Source: the human T2T-CHM13v2.0 reference genome, Homo sapiens
Assembly (NCBI RefSeq): GCF_009914755.1
Contig: NC_060932.1
DNA length: 64,000 bases
Strand: one strand, 5' to 3'
The notes beneath the pieces were generated by a model. It was not told the origin of the DNA. It ran no database searches and saw only the letters and a list, made by a program, of their open reading frames with translations. The translations under genes were made by a program, and so were the position numbers. Positions 25,900 to 43,810 of the stretch are shown here, piece by piece. Position 1 is the first letter of the stretch; each line of letters begins with the position of its first letter.

Positions 25900-28005
25900 T
25901 CCTGAGAACTTCCTTCCTGAGGACTTTTGGTATTTCACCAGAACCCTAAGCCAGCTGCTGTGGAAATGTAGACAACAATTTCCCTAAACCATCTCAGTGT
26001 CTTGCTAGATCACAGCCACCCGTCTAGACAAGAGATGAAAGAGACTTACCCTGGCAAATTGATAGCCTACCTACCTGCTGAGAAAGAGAAGGAAGGGTCT
26101 TCACCCCAGTCAGAATGATTCTAGGACCAGGAAGGGCGGAACTCAAGGATGTTTAAGGAAAAATATATTGACTTAGGAGAAATCATCCATGAATTGGGAC
26201 TCAACCTAGCAAGGCCATCTTGAGCTGGTTCTCATACGCTACTGTGATGGCTCCTTAAGGGTTGGAGGTGATGTCAATGGCAGATGGGACAGAGGTACTG
26301 GGACAGCCTTGGCAGAGCCTTGAGGAAGGAGTCAGAGGCTGGCAGAGGTGGGTGTATCAGAATGGATGTCTTACGTGACTCGAAAGAACAAGTCACTTGA
26401 TGTGTTTTTCAAGAAGACCCAGAGGATACCCTCTCTGTAAGAGCTCTTTTAATTCAATAACATTTCTTCAGTTAAGAAAAGACTACTGGTAAAAGCCTTT
26501 TTTGTAGACCTGGGTCTACAGTAGATAATGCCTCATGGTACTGGGGTCTCTGGCATAAACAGAGAAGGTAGAATTCTTGAATGGCAGAGGCCAGATGTCA
26601 GGCATATGGTCAGCAAGGCAGGAGTGGCCACCAGGAATCTGACCCACAAGAATCCATGGCTATAACAAATAGGCCAGGGTATCCAGGGCAAGAAATATGA
26701 GTAGCCAGCTGGGGTGTCACTTAACTTGTATGACCAGAAAAAACATCAGGAGCTAACACTAGTGCCACAGTGTAAAATTTTAATCCCACACCAATTTTCT
26801 TTCCTTTCCTTTTTCTTTTTCGTTTTTGTTTGTCTGCTTTGTTTTTGGAGATAGGGTCTTACTCTGTCACCCAGGTTGGAGGGCGGTTGTTCCACCATGG
26901 CTCTGCAGCCTCGAATTCCTGGGCTCAAGTGATCCTCCCACCTCAGCCTCCCAAGTAGCTGGGACTACAGGTGCATGCCACCATGCCCAGCTAATTCAAT
27001 TTTTTTTTTTTTTTTTTTTTTTTTAGAGACAGGGTCTCACTATGTTGCCCAGGCTAGCAGGCTAGTCTTGAACTCCTGGCTCAAACAATCTTCCTACCTC
27101 AGCTTCCCAAATTGCCGGATGGCAGGCATGAGCCATAGCACCTGCCGCACACCAATTTTCATCCTGAAGCCAGTTAATTGACACAGAAATTCTGAGTCAA
27201 GGAAGTACCCTGTCATGGCACCACAAGCATATGTGATACATATTTCCTCAACTTTCCCCCCAAAAGACCTGTGGCCACTTACCAGAGTCTCTGGGTATTG
27301 AGGAAAGGGGAATAACAAATATTTAAAGGTTTACCAAATACAGATCAGAACCAATGCTGATAGCAAGGACACAAAATGTCATGTATGGCCTCCCACTTAG
27401 AATGGGGGCTTACGCAGGCCAGGTGGGAGACACAGCCCCAGCGCAGGCATATCTCACAGGGAACTCATGGTTAGTTCCTTAGCCTCTGAGTGCATACATG
27501 CAAAGGGTATATTTAAAGCTGGCAAAACCTTTTCATTGCTTTCCTGTTCAGTGAAGCAGCAGCCACTTTGGTAAGAAGAGCCAAGTAGAAGCTCCTGAAA
27601 CTGTTCCCACTCCCAACAAGAGTATTAATCAGAGGGAAGCAAAGCTTTGTGTCAGAAGGAATTGCAGACATTGGCATCATCATCAAAGACTTAAAGGTTG
27701 CAGAAAAGTGGTTGTCATCATATCCCTGTTTAATTATTTATATGGCCCCTAAAGAAATTGGATTAATTATGGCAGATACACTACTGTAAACCTAACCAAG
27801 TAGTAGACTCAATTAAAACTGCTGGTGTGCCATCTTTACTAGAACAGATTAATACAGCCTCTGGTACTTGATTTAGCAAGTAGCATCTTTTAAACCCTAG
27901 CAGCAAGAAAGAGAAAAAGCAATTTGCTTTTACATAGGAATGACAGCAATATACTCACATGTCATTCCCCAAAGTATCTGAAACCTCTACTTTCTGTCAC
28001 AGTAA
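25900..28005 (+). mobile_element. Degenerate ERV-L internal region (gag, protease, 5' RT)
   Basis: cccaaaagacctgtggccacttaccagag...ggaaaggggaataac (pro); atcaaagacttaaaggttgcag...ctagaacagattaatacagcctctggtact (RT); many stops. Confidence 0.75.
26796..27147 (-). mobile_element. AluJ in ERV-L with expanded linker T tract
   Basis: Perfect TSD CACACCAATTTTC. Confidence 0.93.
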
Positions 28006-29245
28006 GGTTGCAAGGCAAGACTAAATGAACTTAAATATAAGACAACATTTTGTCCCAAAACATCCCTCAGAAAAAAGGAAGTTACCTTACATTCAACTAA
28101 CTCTTTACAAAGTCCCTCATTGTGGAGTTCTCTCTCAATTACTTTATTTTGAATAACAAAGTACTGCTTGGGGAAGGCTCATGAGTCAGAAGGGACATAG
28201 TGCTGGCGTGGTATTCTATCAAGAGGTCACTTGATAGAATCAGTTTAAAATGAAGCAAAACAGATGTAGCACCCATTTCGTAATTATAATTACATTATAA
28301 TATATAATATAATAATTAGATAAATATATATTCTTGATCTGTCATTCTTCACTAGAATTTTAAGTTCTAAAAAGACAGAAACTTTGTTCACTTTTATATT
28401 TCTGTGCCTAGAACAGTGGCTAGCACATGGAAAATAATAAATATTCTTGAATGAATAACTGAGTTTGTATTCCTGGGGATATGAACACACAATTGCAAGT
28501 GCTGGAAGTTGATGACCTTCTAAAGATCACCTTAAAAAAGAAAACAGTAGAATAAGTCATTTATCCTGGAGAAATATCAATTTATTTTCAGGCAAAAACC
28601 TGTACATGCATGTTCGTAGCAGCTTTTTTTATAATAGCTAAAAACTGGAAACAGCTCAGATGTCTTTCAATGGGTAAATAGCTAAAGAAACTGTAATACA
28701 TCCATGCCATAGAAAGCTACTCAACAGTCAAAAAAAAAAAAGAACTATTTGATACACGTTTTGGATGAATCTCTAGGCAATTACGTTGGATTTTTTTTTT
28801 TAAAAACTGATCCCAAAAGTTTACATAGCATCTGATTCCATTATATTATATTTTTGAAATGACAAAATTATGAAAGTAAAGAACAGATCAGTGGTTTCTA
28901 GGGGGTTAGGTATGGGTGGTGGGAGGATGGGAGGTGGGTATGGTTATAAAAAGCAGCAGCAGGGATCCTTGTGATTCAGTATCTTGACTGTGATGTTGGA
29001 CACACGAAACTACATATGTGGTAAAACTACATAGAGTTAAACACACATACACACACACATGCACATACAAATGAACACATGAAAATCTGGAGAAATCTGA
29101 GTAAGATCGGATATATCCATGTCAGTTTTCTGGTTGTAATATTGTACTATAGTTTTGCAAAATGTTACCATTGTTGGAAGCTAGGTAATGGGTTGATAGT
29201 ACGGTAGGGTCCTTTTGTATTAATTAAAAAAAAAAAGAAAAAAAA

Positions 29246-29358
29246 GACAGGGTCTCACTCTGTCGCCCAGGCTGAGTTCCCTGCAGCCTCAAATTCCTGG
29301 GCTTTTTAAAGTGATCCTCCCACCTCCATCTCAGCCTCTTGAGCAGCTAGGACTACAG
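29246..29358 (-). mobile_element. AluJ right-arm fragment
   Basis: gacagggtctcactctgtcgcccaggctg...gactacag. Confidence 0.8.
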
Positions 29359-29359
29359 A

Positions 29360-29656
<297 letters not shown>

Positions 29657-30169
29657 TGTATCTATCACTTCTTAAAACAGCATATAGCTGTAAAATGGTT
29701 TCAAAATAAGAAGGTTTTACATAAATTAATATAACAAGTAGTTAAGTATATATGTGTAAAGGACATCTGCCTTGCTATTATGGGAAGGGGAAACGTACCC
29801 TGGATAGAATTTCCAGCAACAGTATTAACTCATATTCAAAAGGTGCTGCACCTCACACAACCTAGTGACAGTGAGGATGATGTGCCCCTACGATCATGTT
29901 AGGTAACTCAAAAAATGGCTCGAGTTGATGACAGAGACATTAAAGTAAAGAGACTTAGAGAAACTTTGAATAAAATTATTTCTTAAAATGTGAGAATTGA
30001 ATAAAGTACTACTTCCAAATTAATGTATTATCTAATATATGAAATTTTAAATGTGGAAAACTAAATTAATAAACAATTATAGGTAGACATTTGACCACTG
30101 CACTTACTTTCCTAAAACTTTACTTATTCAAGTTTTTAGAAAACTTTTTGTTGGGAAAATGGAAGAAAA

Positions 30170-30320
30170 TCACCTTGTGTTCAGGATGACCTATATATTT
30201 AATATGGACTATTACTGGTGAGAAAACTTAGGCTCAAAGAGGTTGTGTGACTGTTTAATGCCACAAGGTTTGAAAGCGGCAGAGCCAGGATGAGAGCCCA
30301 GTGAGTTTAACTCAAGACAC
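30170..30320 (-). mobile_element. MIR
   Basis: gagaaaacttaggctcaaagaggttgtgtgact...gcagagccaggat. Confidence 0.6.
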
Positions 30321-30476
30321 AGAAGGAATCTCATAGGCCTTTGATTTCCTTACCAACAAAATCTGACCAAGACGTTCTCTAAATCCCCTCTCAATGACAA
30401 CTCAAAGCAATTCCCTCCTCTTCGTTTGCTGAGCCACAGTGCAGCCTGATTTTAATTTTCATATTGGATCATCGGG

Positions 30477-30791
30477 TTTTTTGTTTTTTTGTTTTTGTTT
30501 TTGAGACAGAGTCTCACTCTGTCACCCAGGCTGGAGTGCAGGGCCGTGATCTCGGCTCATGGTAACCTCCGCCTCCCAGGTTCAAGCAAATTCTCCTGCC
30601 TCAGCCTCCGGAGTAGCTGGGACTACGACTACAAGCACGTGCCACCATCCCCAGCTAATTTTTGAATTTTTAGTAGAGACCTGGTTTCCTCATGTTGGCC
30701 AGGATGGTCTTGAACTCCTGACCTCAGGTGATCTGCCTGCCTTGGCTTCCCAATGTGCTGGGATTACAGGCATGAGCCACCGCGCCTGGCC
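30477..30791 (-). mobile_element. AluSx-like
   Basis: Antisense dimer. Confidence 0.93.
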
Positions 30792-30875
30792 ATATGGGGT
30801 TTTCAGCTGCGTTTCCATTGTGCTGCACATGTCTTTCATGTTTCCCATGCACATTTCACGTGGAGTTACAGGACC

Positions 30876-31205
<330 letters not shown>

Positions 31206-31404
31206 AGGACCTTTGAATATAGGTACACGCTTTGAAATATATTGTGCAAATGCCAGAGTCTTCCTGGAACCATGGGACCTCGTGGAACTCAAAGCCAAAC
31301 CAAACCCCAACCGAAGACGCTCCTCACAGGCTCCCCCTGGAGGCCCAATGAAGAATTTGATGTTTTGACATCAACAAGAGTAAAAACAATGCGTAATATA
31401 GGGT

Positions 31405-31728
31405 AGGTATCGAGCAACTTTCCTATAAAGGGCCAGGTAGTAAATATTTTAGGATTTTGGGGCCATACAATTTCTGTCACAACTGTGTAACCCTACCATC
31501 ATAGCACAAAGTCAACCATAGATAACACATAAATGAATGAGTGTGACTGTGTTCAATAAGACTTTACTGACACTGAAATTTGGATTTCATATAATTTTTA
31601 TGTATCATAAAATATTACTTGGATACTTTTCCAACTGCTTAAAAATGAAAAAAAAAATTGGCCCATGGGTCATATAAAGATAGGCGGCAAACCAAATTGG
31701 CTCTCGGGCCATAGCTTGCTGACCCTCA
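31405..31728. mobile_element. MER58B (hAT-Charlie)
   Basis: taaagggccaggtagtaaatattttagg...gggccatagcttgctgaccc. Confidence 0.85.
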
Positions 31729-31910
31729 TACAGATAAATGAACACTAGATTTAGAGAAGTCCCAGGCTGGAGAACCGCTACTTTTGCTTGTACAATGTGA
31801 GACACTGGGCGAGTCAAATGAGTTCAAATAAATTCTTAGGGCCTTGATTTACTGTTAAAGCATTGGATTAGATTAACCTTAAAAGCCCCTTCAGTCCTAA
31901 AAACTCTCTA

Positions 31911-31956
31911 GTGGCTTCTGTTTCCAGTGGCTTGTGGCTTCTGTTTCCAGTGGCCT
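31911..31956. repeat. 23-bp tandem duplication
   Basis: GTGGCTTCTGTTTCCAGTGGC(T/C)T x2. Confidence 0.9.
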
Positions 31957-32058
31957 CTGCATATGGCAGACTGGTTGAGCTTTTAAAAAATTCCTTTCAA
32001 TACAAAATACATTAAAATTCTGGGTAAAATAAAATGTCGTTCAAAAAACCCTCACTAA

Positions 32059-32493
<435 letters not shown>

Positions 32494-32524
32494 TCAAACT
32501 GATAAAGAGAATCCACAAAAATCC

Positions 32525-32845
32525 AGCCGGGTGCAGCGGCTCATACCTGCAATCCCAGCACTTTGGGAGGCGGAGGCGGGTAGATCATTTGAGGTCAGAA
32601 ATTCAAGACCAGCCTGGCCAACATGGTGAAACTCCGTCTCTACTAAAAATACAAAAATTAGCCAAGCATGGTGTTGGGCACCTGTAGTCCCAGCTACTCA
32701 GGAGGCTGAGGCAGGAGAATCGCTTGAACCCAGGAAGCGGAGGTTACAGTGAGCCAAAATGGTACCACTGCACTCCAGCCTGGGCAACAGAATGAGACTC
32801 CGTCTCAAAAAAAAAAAAAAGAAAAGAAAAGAATAAGAAAAAAAC
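32525..32845 (+). mobile_element. AluSx-like
   Basis: Full dimer with A-rich tail. Confidence 0.93.
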
Positions 32846-33237
32846 AGGATTTTTTTACTTCTTACTAGCCAATCTCTCATTATTCTAATCCCTTGTTATA
32901 GTGAATAATTTTTAAATTTTTAATATTAAACTTTGCCTGTTGAAATTATTGTACAGTTGCCTTCTCCTGATTGGACTCAGATATATAAACTCAGGCTATC
33001 CTTTTATAAACTCTGGCCTAACAACTGTATTTTTATATCCTAGCATCAATCAGTAGGAAAATAAAAAATTGAAAATTCCATTTACAATCATACCAAGAAA
33101 CATCAAATGCACAGAAATAAATTTAACCAGAGATGTACATGACCTCTTTGCTGAAAACTATGTAACATTGCTGAGAGAAATTCAAGAAGGCTTAAAGAAA
33201 GAAATACATTACATTTCTAGATGGGAAAACTCAATAC

Positions 33238-33549
33238 TTTTATTTTATTTTATTTTTGAGACAAGGTCTTGCTCTGTTGCCAAGGCTGGAATACAGTGGC
33301 ACAATCATAGTTCACGGCCGCCTCGAACTCCTGGGTTCAAGCAATCCTCCCACCTCAGCCCCCAGAGTAGCTAGGACTGCAGGCATATGCCACTGTGCCC
33401 AGCTAATTTTTTTTTTTTTTTTTTTTTTTTGTAGAGATGGGGTCTTACTTTGTTGGCCAGGCTGGTCTTGAACTCCTGGCCTCAAGTGATCCCTCTGCCT
33501 CAGCCTCGCAAATTGCTGGGATTACAGTCATGAGCCACCATGCCTAGCC
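33238..33549 (-). mobile_element. AluJ
   Basis: TSD aaaactcaatacttt/aaaactcagtatttt. Confidence 0.93.
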
Positions 33550-34308
33550 AAAAACTCAGTATTTTTAGTTGTCAGTTCTCTCCAAATTCATCTATGGATT
33601 TAATGCAATTCTAATCATAATTTCAGAAAAGGTTTTTTTAATAAATCAAATAGTTAATTTTTAAATTTATATGAAAATGCAGAGGCCTGGAATAGCCATA
33701 GCAATCTTTAAAAAAAAAAAAAAGGCCAAAATTTTACATGACCTGAGTTCAAGACTTATTATAAAATTATACTAATCAAGACAGGGTAGTACTGGTATAA
33801 GAACTGACAAATAGATCAATAGAAAAAGAAAAAATGAGCCCAGAATAGAACCATACCTGTACCATCATTTGATTTTCAACAATGATGCCAAAGCACATCA
33901 GTGAGGAAAGGAAAGTCTATCCAATAAATTATCCCAGAATACTTGATATTCATATGGAAAAAATAATAACAAACCTCAGATCCTACCTTATAGTATACCC
34001 AGAAACTAACTCAAGATGGATCAGAGACCTAATTATAAAAGCTAAAACCATAAAGCTTTTAGGAAAAAAAAATTGAGAGAACATCTTCATGACTAGAGAA
34101 GAGGCAAAAGTTTCTTAGGACACTGGAAGCAGTCATCATAACAGAAAATATTGATAAATTGACTTTACCAGAATTTAAAACTTCTATTCATCAAAAATCA
34201 CACTTATGAAAACAAATAGGCAGGCCAAAGAATGGGAGAAAATATTTACAAAACAAATATCTGACAAACGGACTGGTAGTCAAGATCCATAAGAAACTCC
34301 TAATACGT

Positions 34309-34617
<309 letters not shown>

Positions 34618-35023
34618 CAACCCAACTTAAAATATGGGTAAAAGATTTGAACAGATTTCCTAACTGTGTATGAATGGCAATAAACACATGAGAAAGTGCT
34701 CAATATCCTTAGTCATCAGGGAAAAGCAAGTTTAAACCAAATGAGATACCACTCCATGCTAAAATTCAATAGCCAAAATTTAAAATGCTTACGACACTAA
34801 ATGTTGGCGACAATGTGGGAAAACTGGAATTCTTGCATTATTCGTGGGAAGGAAAAATGTTGAAACTCCTTGGTACGGTTTGGCTCTGTGTCCCCACTCA
34901 ACTCTCATCTCAAACTGTAATCCCCACATGTCAAGGGAGGGACCTGGTGGAAGGTGATTGGATCATGTGGGCCGTTTCCCCCATGCTGTTCTCGTGATAG
35001 TGAGTTCTCACGAGATCCAATGG

Positions 35024-35027
<4 letters not shown>

Positions 35028-35102
<75 letters not shown>

Positions 35103-35110
35103 CTCTCTCT
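35028..35110. repeat. (TC)n microsatellite
   Basis: ~80-bp pyrimidine run. Confidence 0.97.
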
Positions 35111-35251
35111 CCTGCTACCGTGGAAGATATGCCTTGTTTCTCCTTCACGTTCCACCATGATTGTAAGTTTCTGGAAACCTCCCCAGCCATGCAGAGACTG
35201 TGAGTCAATTAAACCTCTTTTCTTTATAAATTACCCAGTCTCAAGTAGTTA

Positions 35252-35287
<36 letters not shown>

Positions 35288-35570
35288 GAGACGGAGTCTC
35301 ACTCTGTTGCCCAGGCTGGAGTGCAACGGCGCTGTCTCCGTTCCCTGTAACCTCCTCCTCCTGGGTTCAAGCGATTCTCTTGCCTCAGCCCCACCAAGTA
35401 GCTGGGATTACAGGCGCCCGCCACCACGCCCAGCTTATTTTTGTATTTTTAGTAGAGACGGGGTCTCGCCATGTTGGTCAGGCTTGTCTCGAACTCCTGA
35501 CCTCAGATGATCCACCCGCCTCAGCCTCCAAAAGTGCTGGGATTACAGGCGTAAATTACCACGCCCAGCC
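35252..35570 (-). mobile_element. AluSx-like nested in THE1D
   Basis: TSD tcaagtagttattt/tcaggtagttcttt. Confidence 0.94.
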
Positions 35571-35929
35571 TTCAGGTAGTTCTTTATAGCAGTGTGAGAA
35601 TGGACTAATACACCCCTTCAAAAACATGTAAAACATACACCTATGCTGTGACTCAACAATGAGAAATAAAAACATGTTTATGCAAACACTTATATAAGAA
35701 TGCTTATAGCAGCTTTGTTCTTAATAGTCAAATCCCGAGTATTAATAGGAGGCTGGAATAAACAAACTGTGGTTTATAAAATTACCTTCATTAAAAAAGA
35801 ATGAGCTACTGATACATGAAGCAGCATGGATGCCTCTCAAAACTCTTATGCTAACTGAAAGGAACCTCGCACACAAGCGTGCATGCTGTACAACTCCACC
35901 TATGAGAAATTCTACAACAGGCAAATCTA

Positions 35930-36220
<291 letters not shown>

Positions 36221-36322
36221 TTATCACTTGATATGGGTTTGCATTACATAAAAGAATGCATTTTTCAAAATGTACACTTAAGATTTGAACATTTCATTGT
36301 ATCTGAAGTTTACATTAAATGA

Positions 36323-36384
36323 AATATATATATATATACACACATACACATATATACGTGTGTGTGTGTGTTTGTGTGTGTGTG
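36323..36384. repeat. Compound (TA)(CA)(TG) microsatellite
   Basis: Alternating purine-pyrimidine run. Confidence 0.9.
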
Positions 36385-36834
36385 ATGAAATCACCCCCAA
36401 ATAGCTGGAATTACCAGCAGATTGTGTAGTGGTGAACCTACAATTTTCTGAAGAAAAAGAAATATACTCAAAAATAAATATTGAACTCAATAATACGCAT
36501 GTTTACATATGCACTGATGTCTTATTTTACTTTGAAATGGATGGATAATGGAAAAATGCATATTGAAACACATGTAGCAAACTACTTATGGTGAAATCTT
36601 GGCAGTGGGTTTATGAGTTTTCATTGTAAAATTCTTTAACTTTTCTACATACTTAGAATTTTTCATAAGATATTGAGAAAAACCTTGAAAAACAAAAATA
36701 CAAGAAAATGGGACTTTGAGGTAATAGAAATTTTCTTAAGACAAAAATGCACAGAAGATACATTTTACCACATTAACACAAAGAAACATTGGTCAGCAAA
36801 AGACATCGTGAAGAAAGGGAAGAGTGAAAATAAG

Positions 36835-37132
<298 letters not shown>

Positions 37133-37139
37133 TCTGAAT

Positions 37140-37468
37140 GATCCATGTGGGTCCAATGATACCATCACATGTCCTTATAAGAGGGAGTCAAGGGAAACAG
37201 AACTACCGAAGTGGAGACGGTGCTGCGATGTTGCCAGCAGGTGCTGGATGATCACTGTCAAGGACTCCAGACAGCATTAACAGCTGAAGGGAACCGACGG
37301 TCCCCTCAGAGCATCCAAAAGGGGTCATTCCTGCCAAAATCTTGCCCTTCACACAGGAAAACTGCTGTCCCAACTTCTGACTTCCAGAGCTTAAGGGAAT
37401 ACATTTGCATTGCTTTCAGCCACGAAGTTTGTGGCGATTTGTCACAGCAGCAATAGGAATCTGACACA
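37140..37468 (+). mobile_element. MLT1C/D LTR, 3' part
   Basis: gccacgaagtttgtggcgatttgtcacagcagcaataggaatctgacaca. Confidence 0.8.
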
Positions 37469-37489
37469 GGGAAGAAGTGGCTCTGAAAG

Positions 37490-38340
<851 letters not shown>

Positions 38341-38709
38341 CCTATTTTCCACACCCAGGTACTCTTTTTCTCTTTTTATCCCTTAACTTGCCAACTCCAT
38401 TTAAAAAAAAAAATAAGAAATCTTTAAAATTCATCTCCTTTCTCTCCCAACTCCTCTTAAAACATGGTAAGATAGTGCATTCTTAGGATTCTTTTTCTTT
38501 TCTTCTTATATTACACAATTCCAGAAAATTTATTTATCCTATTCACTTGTTTCAAATATACATATTTTTTCCGACTTTTCTCTCCCTTAAGAGTTTTCTG
38601 TTTCTTTATTGTTTTGTCTTGATCTTTTCTCAATATTTTCTTCAGACAAAATAAGGAATTACATACTCTATGAATTCTTGTCCATACACAAACATCTTAT
38701 TTCCTGTAG

Positions 38710-39232
<523 letters not shown>

Positions 39233-39526
39233 TTGGTCAAAGGATATGAATAGGCAATATGGAAAAAAGCAAGTCCGAATGACCAGTGAGCATATTAAAA
39301 AGGTGGTCAAATTCACTAGTAGTTAGGGAAGTATAAGTTAAAATAACAAGATTTTATGTTACACCCATCAAACTATAAAAAATTCATAAAGCGCTGTAAC
39401 ACCTATTGCTAGTAGGGATGTAGGGGAAAGGGTGCTTTCATATCTCGTTCCTTGAAGTGTGAAGTGTTACTGCTTTATGGAAGGTGATCTGACAATTTAA
39501 GTTTTTTTTTTTTATTTTAAAGTTTA

Positions 39527-40010
<484 letters not shown>

Positions 40011-40072
40011 TCAGGGTGCAGACTCATCAGGAAATACCATGCAGCCACTTTAAAAAGTGTAAAAGGTGACAC

Positions 40073-40314
40073 CAGTGTTTCTCAGCCTTTTTCTATTATC
40101 ACCTTCTAGGAGCCTCCTTAGACATTTTCTCCCTAATTGCTCCTCCATGGAATTCTAATACCACAAACATACAGAAACAAACAGCATATCTATTTAGGTA
40201 CTGTATGTGTCTCTGTGCTTTATACGTAAAAAAGAGTACGATTTTTTCATACATCCTCTGAGAAGCAATTTTCACCCTCTCTGGGCACGCTGTCACTCCC
40301 GTTGGGAATGCATG
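40073..40314 (+). mobile_element. MER112-like (hAT-Charlie)
   Basis: CAGTGTTTCTCAGCCTTTTT...GTGCTTTATACGTAAAAAGAGTA...GTTGGGAATGCATG. Confidence 0.75.
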
Positions 40315-40434
40315 AACTACATCCATTGAGTTGGAAAGATTTTCGCAGGACATTTTTAAGTGAGAAAAGCAACATGCAGAAAAGTGTATATGATTCCAAC
40401 TGTAAAATTAATCAAAAAAGCTTCTATGAGTATT

Positions 40435-40437
<3 letters not shown>

Positions 40438-40481
<44 letters not shown>
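40438..40481. repeat. (GT)22 microsatellite
   Basis: Pure GT run. Confidence 0.97.
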
Positions 40482-40483
<2 letters not shown>

Positions 40484-40554
40484 ATGAGATTAAATGAATA
40501 GGAAAAAATATTGAAGAATACATTACAGGTTGTTAATATAAGATTACCTTGGAA

Positions 40555-40868
<314 letters not shown>

Positions 40869-41399
40869 TACATGGGGTTGGGGAGACCTGATGTAATTGG
40901 GGACATGGGGTGGGGGGACAGAAAAGGGAGACAAGCAAAGGAAAAGGGAGAAAGGGAATGTACATGTAATCTCATGTACACACACACACGAAATAAAAAG
41001 TACAATATAATCAAATTTATATCAATTATACATGCAGAAAAGATTTGTTTTATTCTTCAGAGAGATGTTCCAAGGCTCTTGCCCCGTGAGAATGAAAAGG
41101 AAGAGAGTGATCTCAGCCTACTCAGAAGCAGGGAGCGAGCAGCACCCGTTCCTCCCGCAGGACAGGCTGCAAACGCCCACGCTGCTGCTGTGCGCCTCCC
41201 CCAGCTCTGTCCACCCTCTTTCCAATGGAAAGAAAACAAGAACATACTCTTCTGACATTTTTGACTCTTCCAATTTTTTATAATATAGCAGATTCAGTTG
41301 CGGACATGAAATATCTCATGTAAGAGAGGCTTTCCTTGGTTCAAGGAGAAAGGGGAGCAAGTCATATGAACACTTCCAGGATCACCCTTCTTCCCAAAA

Positions 41400-41736
41400 C
41401 TTTATGCTCTGTTGGCCTAGAGTTCTTAGTTCCAGAGGGAGGAACACTTCCACCAGGAGAAACAACAATGATTCCACTGAGCTGGAAGTTAACATGCCAC
41501 CCAGCCATTTTGGACACCCCATGCCTCTGAGTCAACAGGCAAAGGGAGTTATGGTGTTAGCTGGGGTGATTGATCTAGAGCACCAAAGGGAAATTGGCCT
41601 ACTACTCCACAATGGAGGTAAGGAAGAGCATGTCTGGAATACAGGAGATCCCTTTGGGCACCTCTTAGTATTTCCGTACCCTGTGATTAAGGTCAGTGGG
41701 AAACTACCACAACCCAATCTAGGCAAACTGGCCTAG
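41400..41736 (+). pseudogene. Frameshifted ERV-L dUTPase-like ORF
   Basis: GLEFLVPEGGTLPPGETTMIPLSWKL in one frame, then PPSHFG..MPLSQQAKGVMVLAGVIDLEHQREIGLLLHNGGKEE in another; motif III GVID.DY.GEI degenerate. Confidence 0.82.
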
Positions 41737-41768
41737 ATTGGCCAAACCCAAATGGCCCAGACTCTTCA

Positions 41769-42365
<597 letters not shown>

Positions 42366-42589
42366 TTAATTTTACATCATAGTATTTAAGTTATGAGGTA
42401 TCAGTAGAAGAATAATCGTTACTCAAAAATTTTACCTCCTCTGCTGGGGAAGAGGTTAGTGTGTTTTCACTTGTACGCAGGCTAGTTGTATCATGTTAGG
42501 TAGGATTACAACCTTGTTATTGTCTTTATTTGGAGATTAAGTATGGCTTAAGAAGATGCATCCAGGTGCCAAGTTGATAAGGGATGGAC

Positions 42590-43091
42590 TGGTGATAGTT
42601 ATTTTCATGTATTAACTTGACTGGATGAAGGTACCAGACAGCTGGCAAAATATTATTTCCTTGTGTGTGTTTGAGGAAAGTCTGGAAGAGATTCGTTCCT
42701 GAATTGGTGAACTGAGGAAAGCAGATGCTCCGCGCACCAACGTGGGTAGGCACCATCCAATCTACTGAGGGCCTGAATAGAACCAAAAGGCAGAAAAAGG
42801 AAGGATTCATTCCTTCTCCCTCTCTCTGTCTCTCTCTCTTTCCTTGTGCTGAAAAACATCGATCTCAATCTGCCCTTGCACATCGGTGCTCCTAGTTCTT
42901 GGGCCTTTGAACTCGGACTGGGACTCACATCATCAGCTCCCCTGGTTCTCAGGCCTTCAGATTCAGATTGAACCGTACCATCGGCTCTCTGGGTTCTCCA
43001 GTTTGCAGACAGCAGACTGTGGGACATCTCAGCCTCCAGAATCCTGTAAGCCAATTCCTATGATAGATAGATAGATGATAGATAGATAGAT

Positions 43092-43152
<61 letters not shown>

Positions 43153-43190
43153 CTATTGGTTCTGTTTCTTTGAATAACCTGCTTAATTCA
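42590..43190 (+). mobile_element. MLT2B-like 3' LTR
   Basis: aacttgactggatgaagg...ctattggttctgtttct...taattca. Confidence 0.87.
43062..43152. repeat. (GATA)n tetranucleotide STR
   Basis: About 22 units with interruptions. Confidence 0.97.
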
Positions 43191-43194
43191 AGCC

Positions 43195-43810
43195 TGTGTT
43201 GGTTAAGTTTAGGTGTCCACTTGACTGGGTTAGGAATACCTAGAGAGCTGGTAAAGGATTGTTTCTGGATGTGTCCATACAGGTATTTCCGGAGGACATT
43301 GGCAAGTGAGTCAGTGGACTGAGTGGGGATCTGCCCTCAATGCACCTGAGTGCAGATCACCAATTCACCCCTATCAGCTGGGGGCCCAGATAAAACAAAC
43401 GGGCAACTTTCTCTCTCTCATGTGGCTGGGATACACTCTCCTTTTCTGTCCTTGGACATTAGAACTCCAGGCTTTCTGGCTTGTGGGCTCCAGGACTTAT
43501 ACCAGCGGCTCTGTGGATCCTCAGGCCTCTGGCCTCAGACCAGAAGTTATACCATGGGCTTCTCTGGCTCTAAGGCCTCCAGACTTGGACTAACCATGCC
43601 ACTGGCATCCCAGATTCTCCAGGTCACAAATGGCCTTCATGGGACTTCTCAGCCTCCATAATGGCATGAGCCAATCCTTGTAATAATTCCTCTCTCATCT
43701 ATCTATCTATCTATCTATCTGCCTAACTATATCTCTATTTATTTACCCATCTCTCTATCTCGCTATTCATCCTATTGCCTCTATCTCTCCAGAGGACCCT
43801 GACTACTACA
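43195..43810 (+). mobile_element. Second MLT2B-like solo LTR
   Basis: TGTGTTGGTTAAG...GACCCTGACTACTACA; TSD AAGCC/AAGCC. Confidence 0.88.

Larger units (their letters stand above)
34871..35612 (+). mobile_element. THE1D-like solo LTR containing (TC)n and an Alu
   Basis: TGGTACGGTTTGGCTCTGTGTCCCC...GGACTAATACA; TSD CTCCT/CCCCT. Confidence 0.9.

Noticed and set aside
31911-31956. Direct repeats as a CRISPR-like array
   Set aside because: Only two abutting copies with no spacers, in primate DNA
41404-41736. Functional domesticated dUTPase
   Set aside because: Frameshifted, and the motif III region is degenerate (GVIDLEH)
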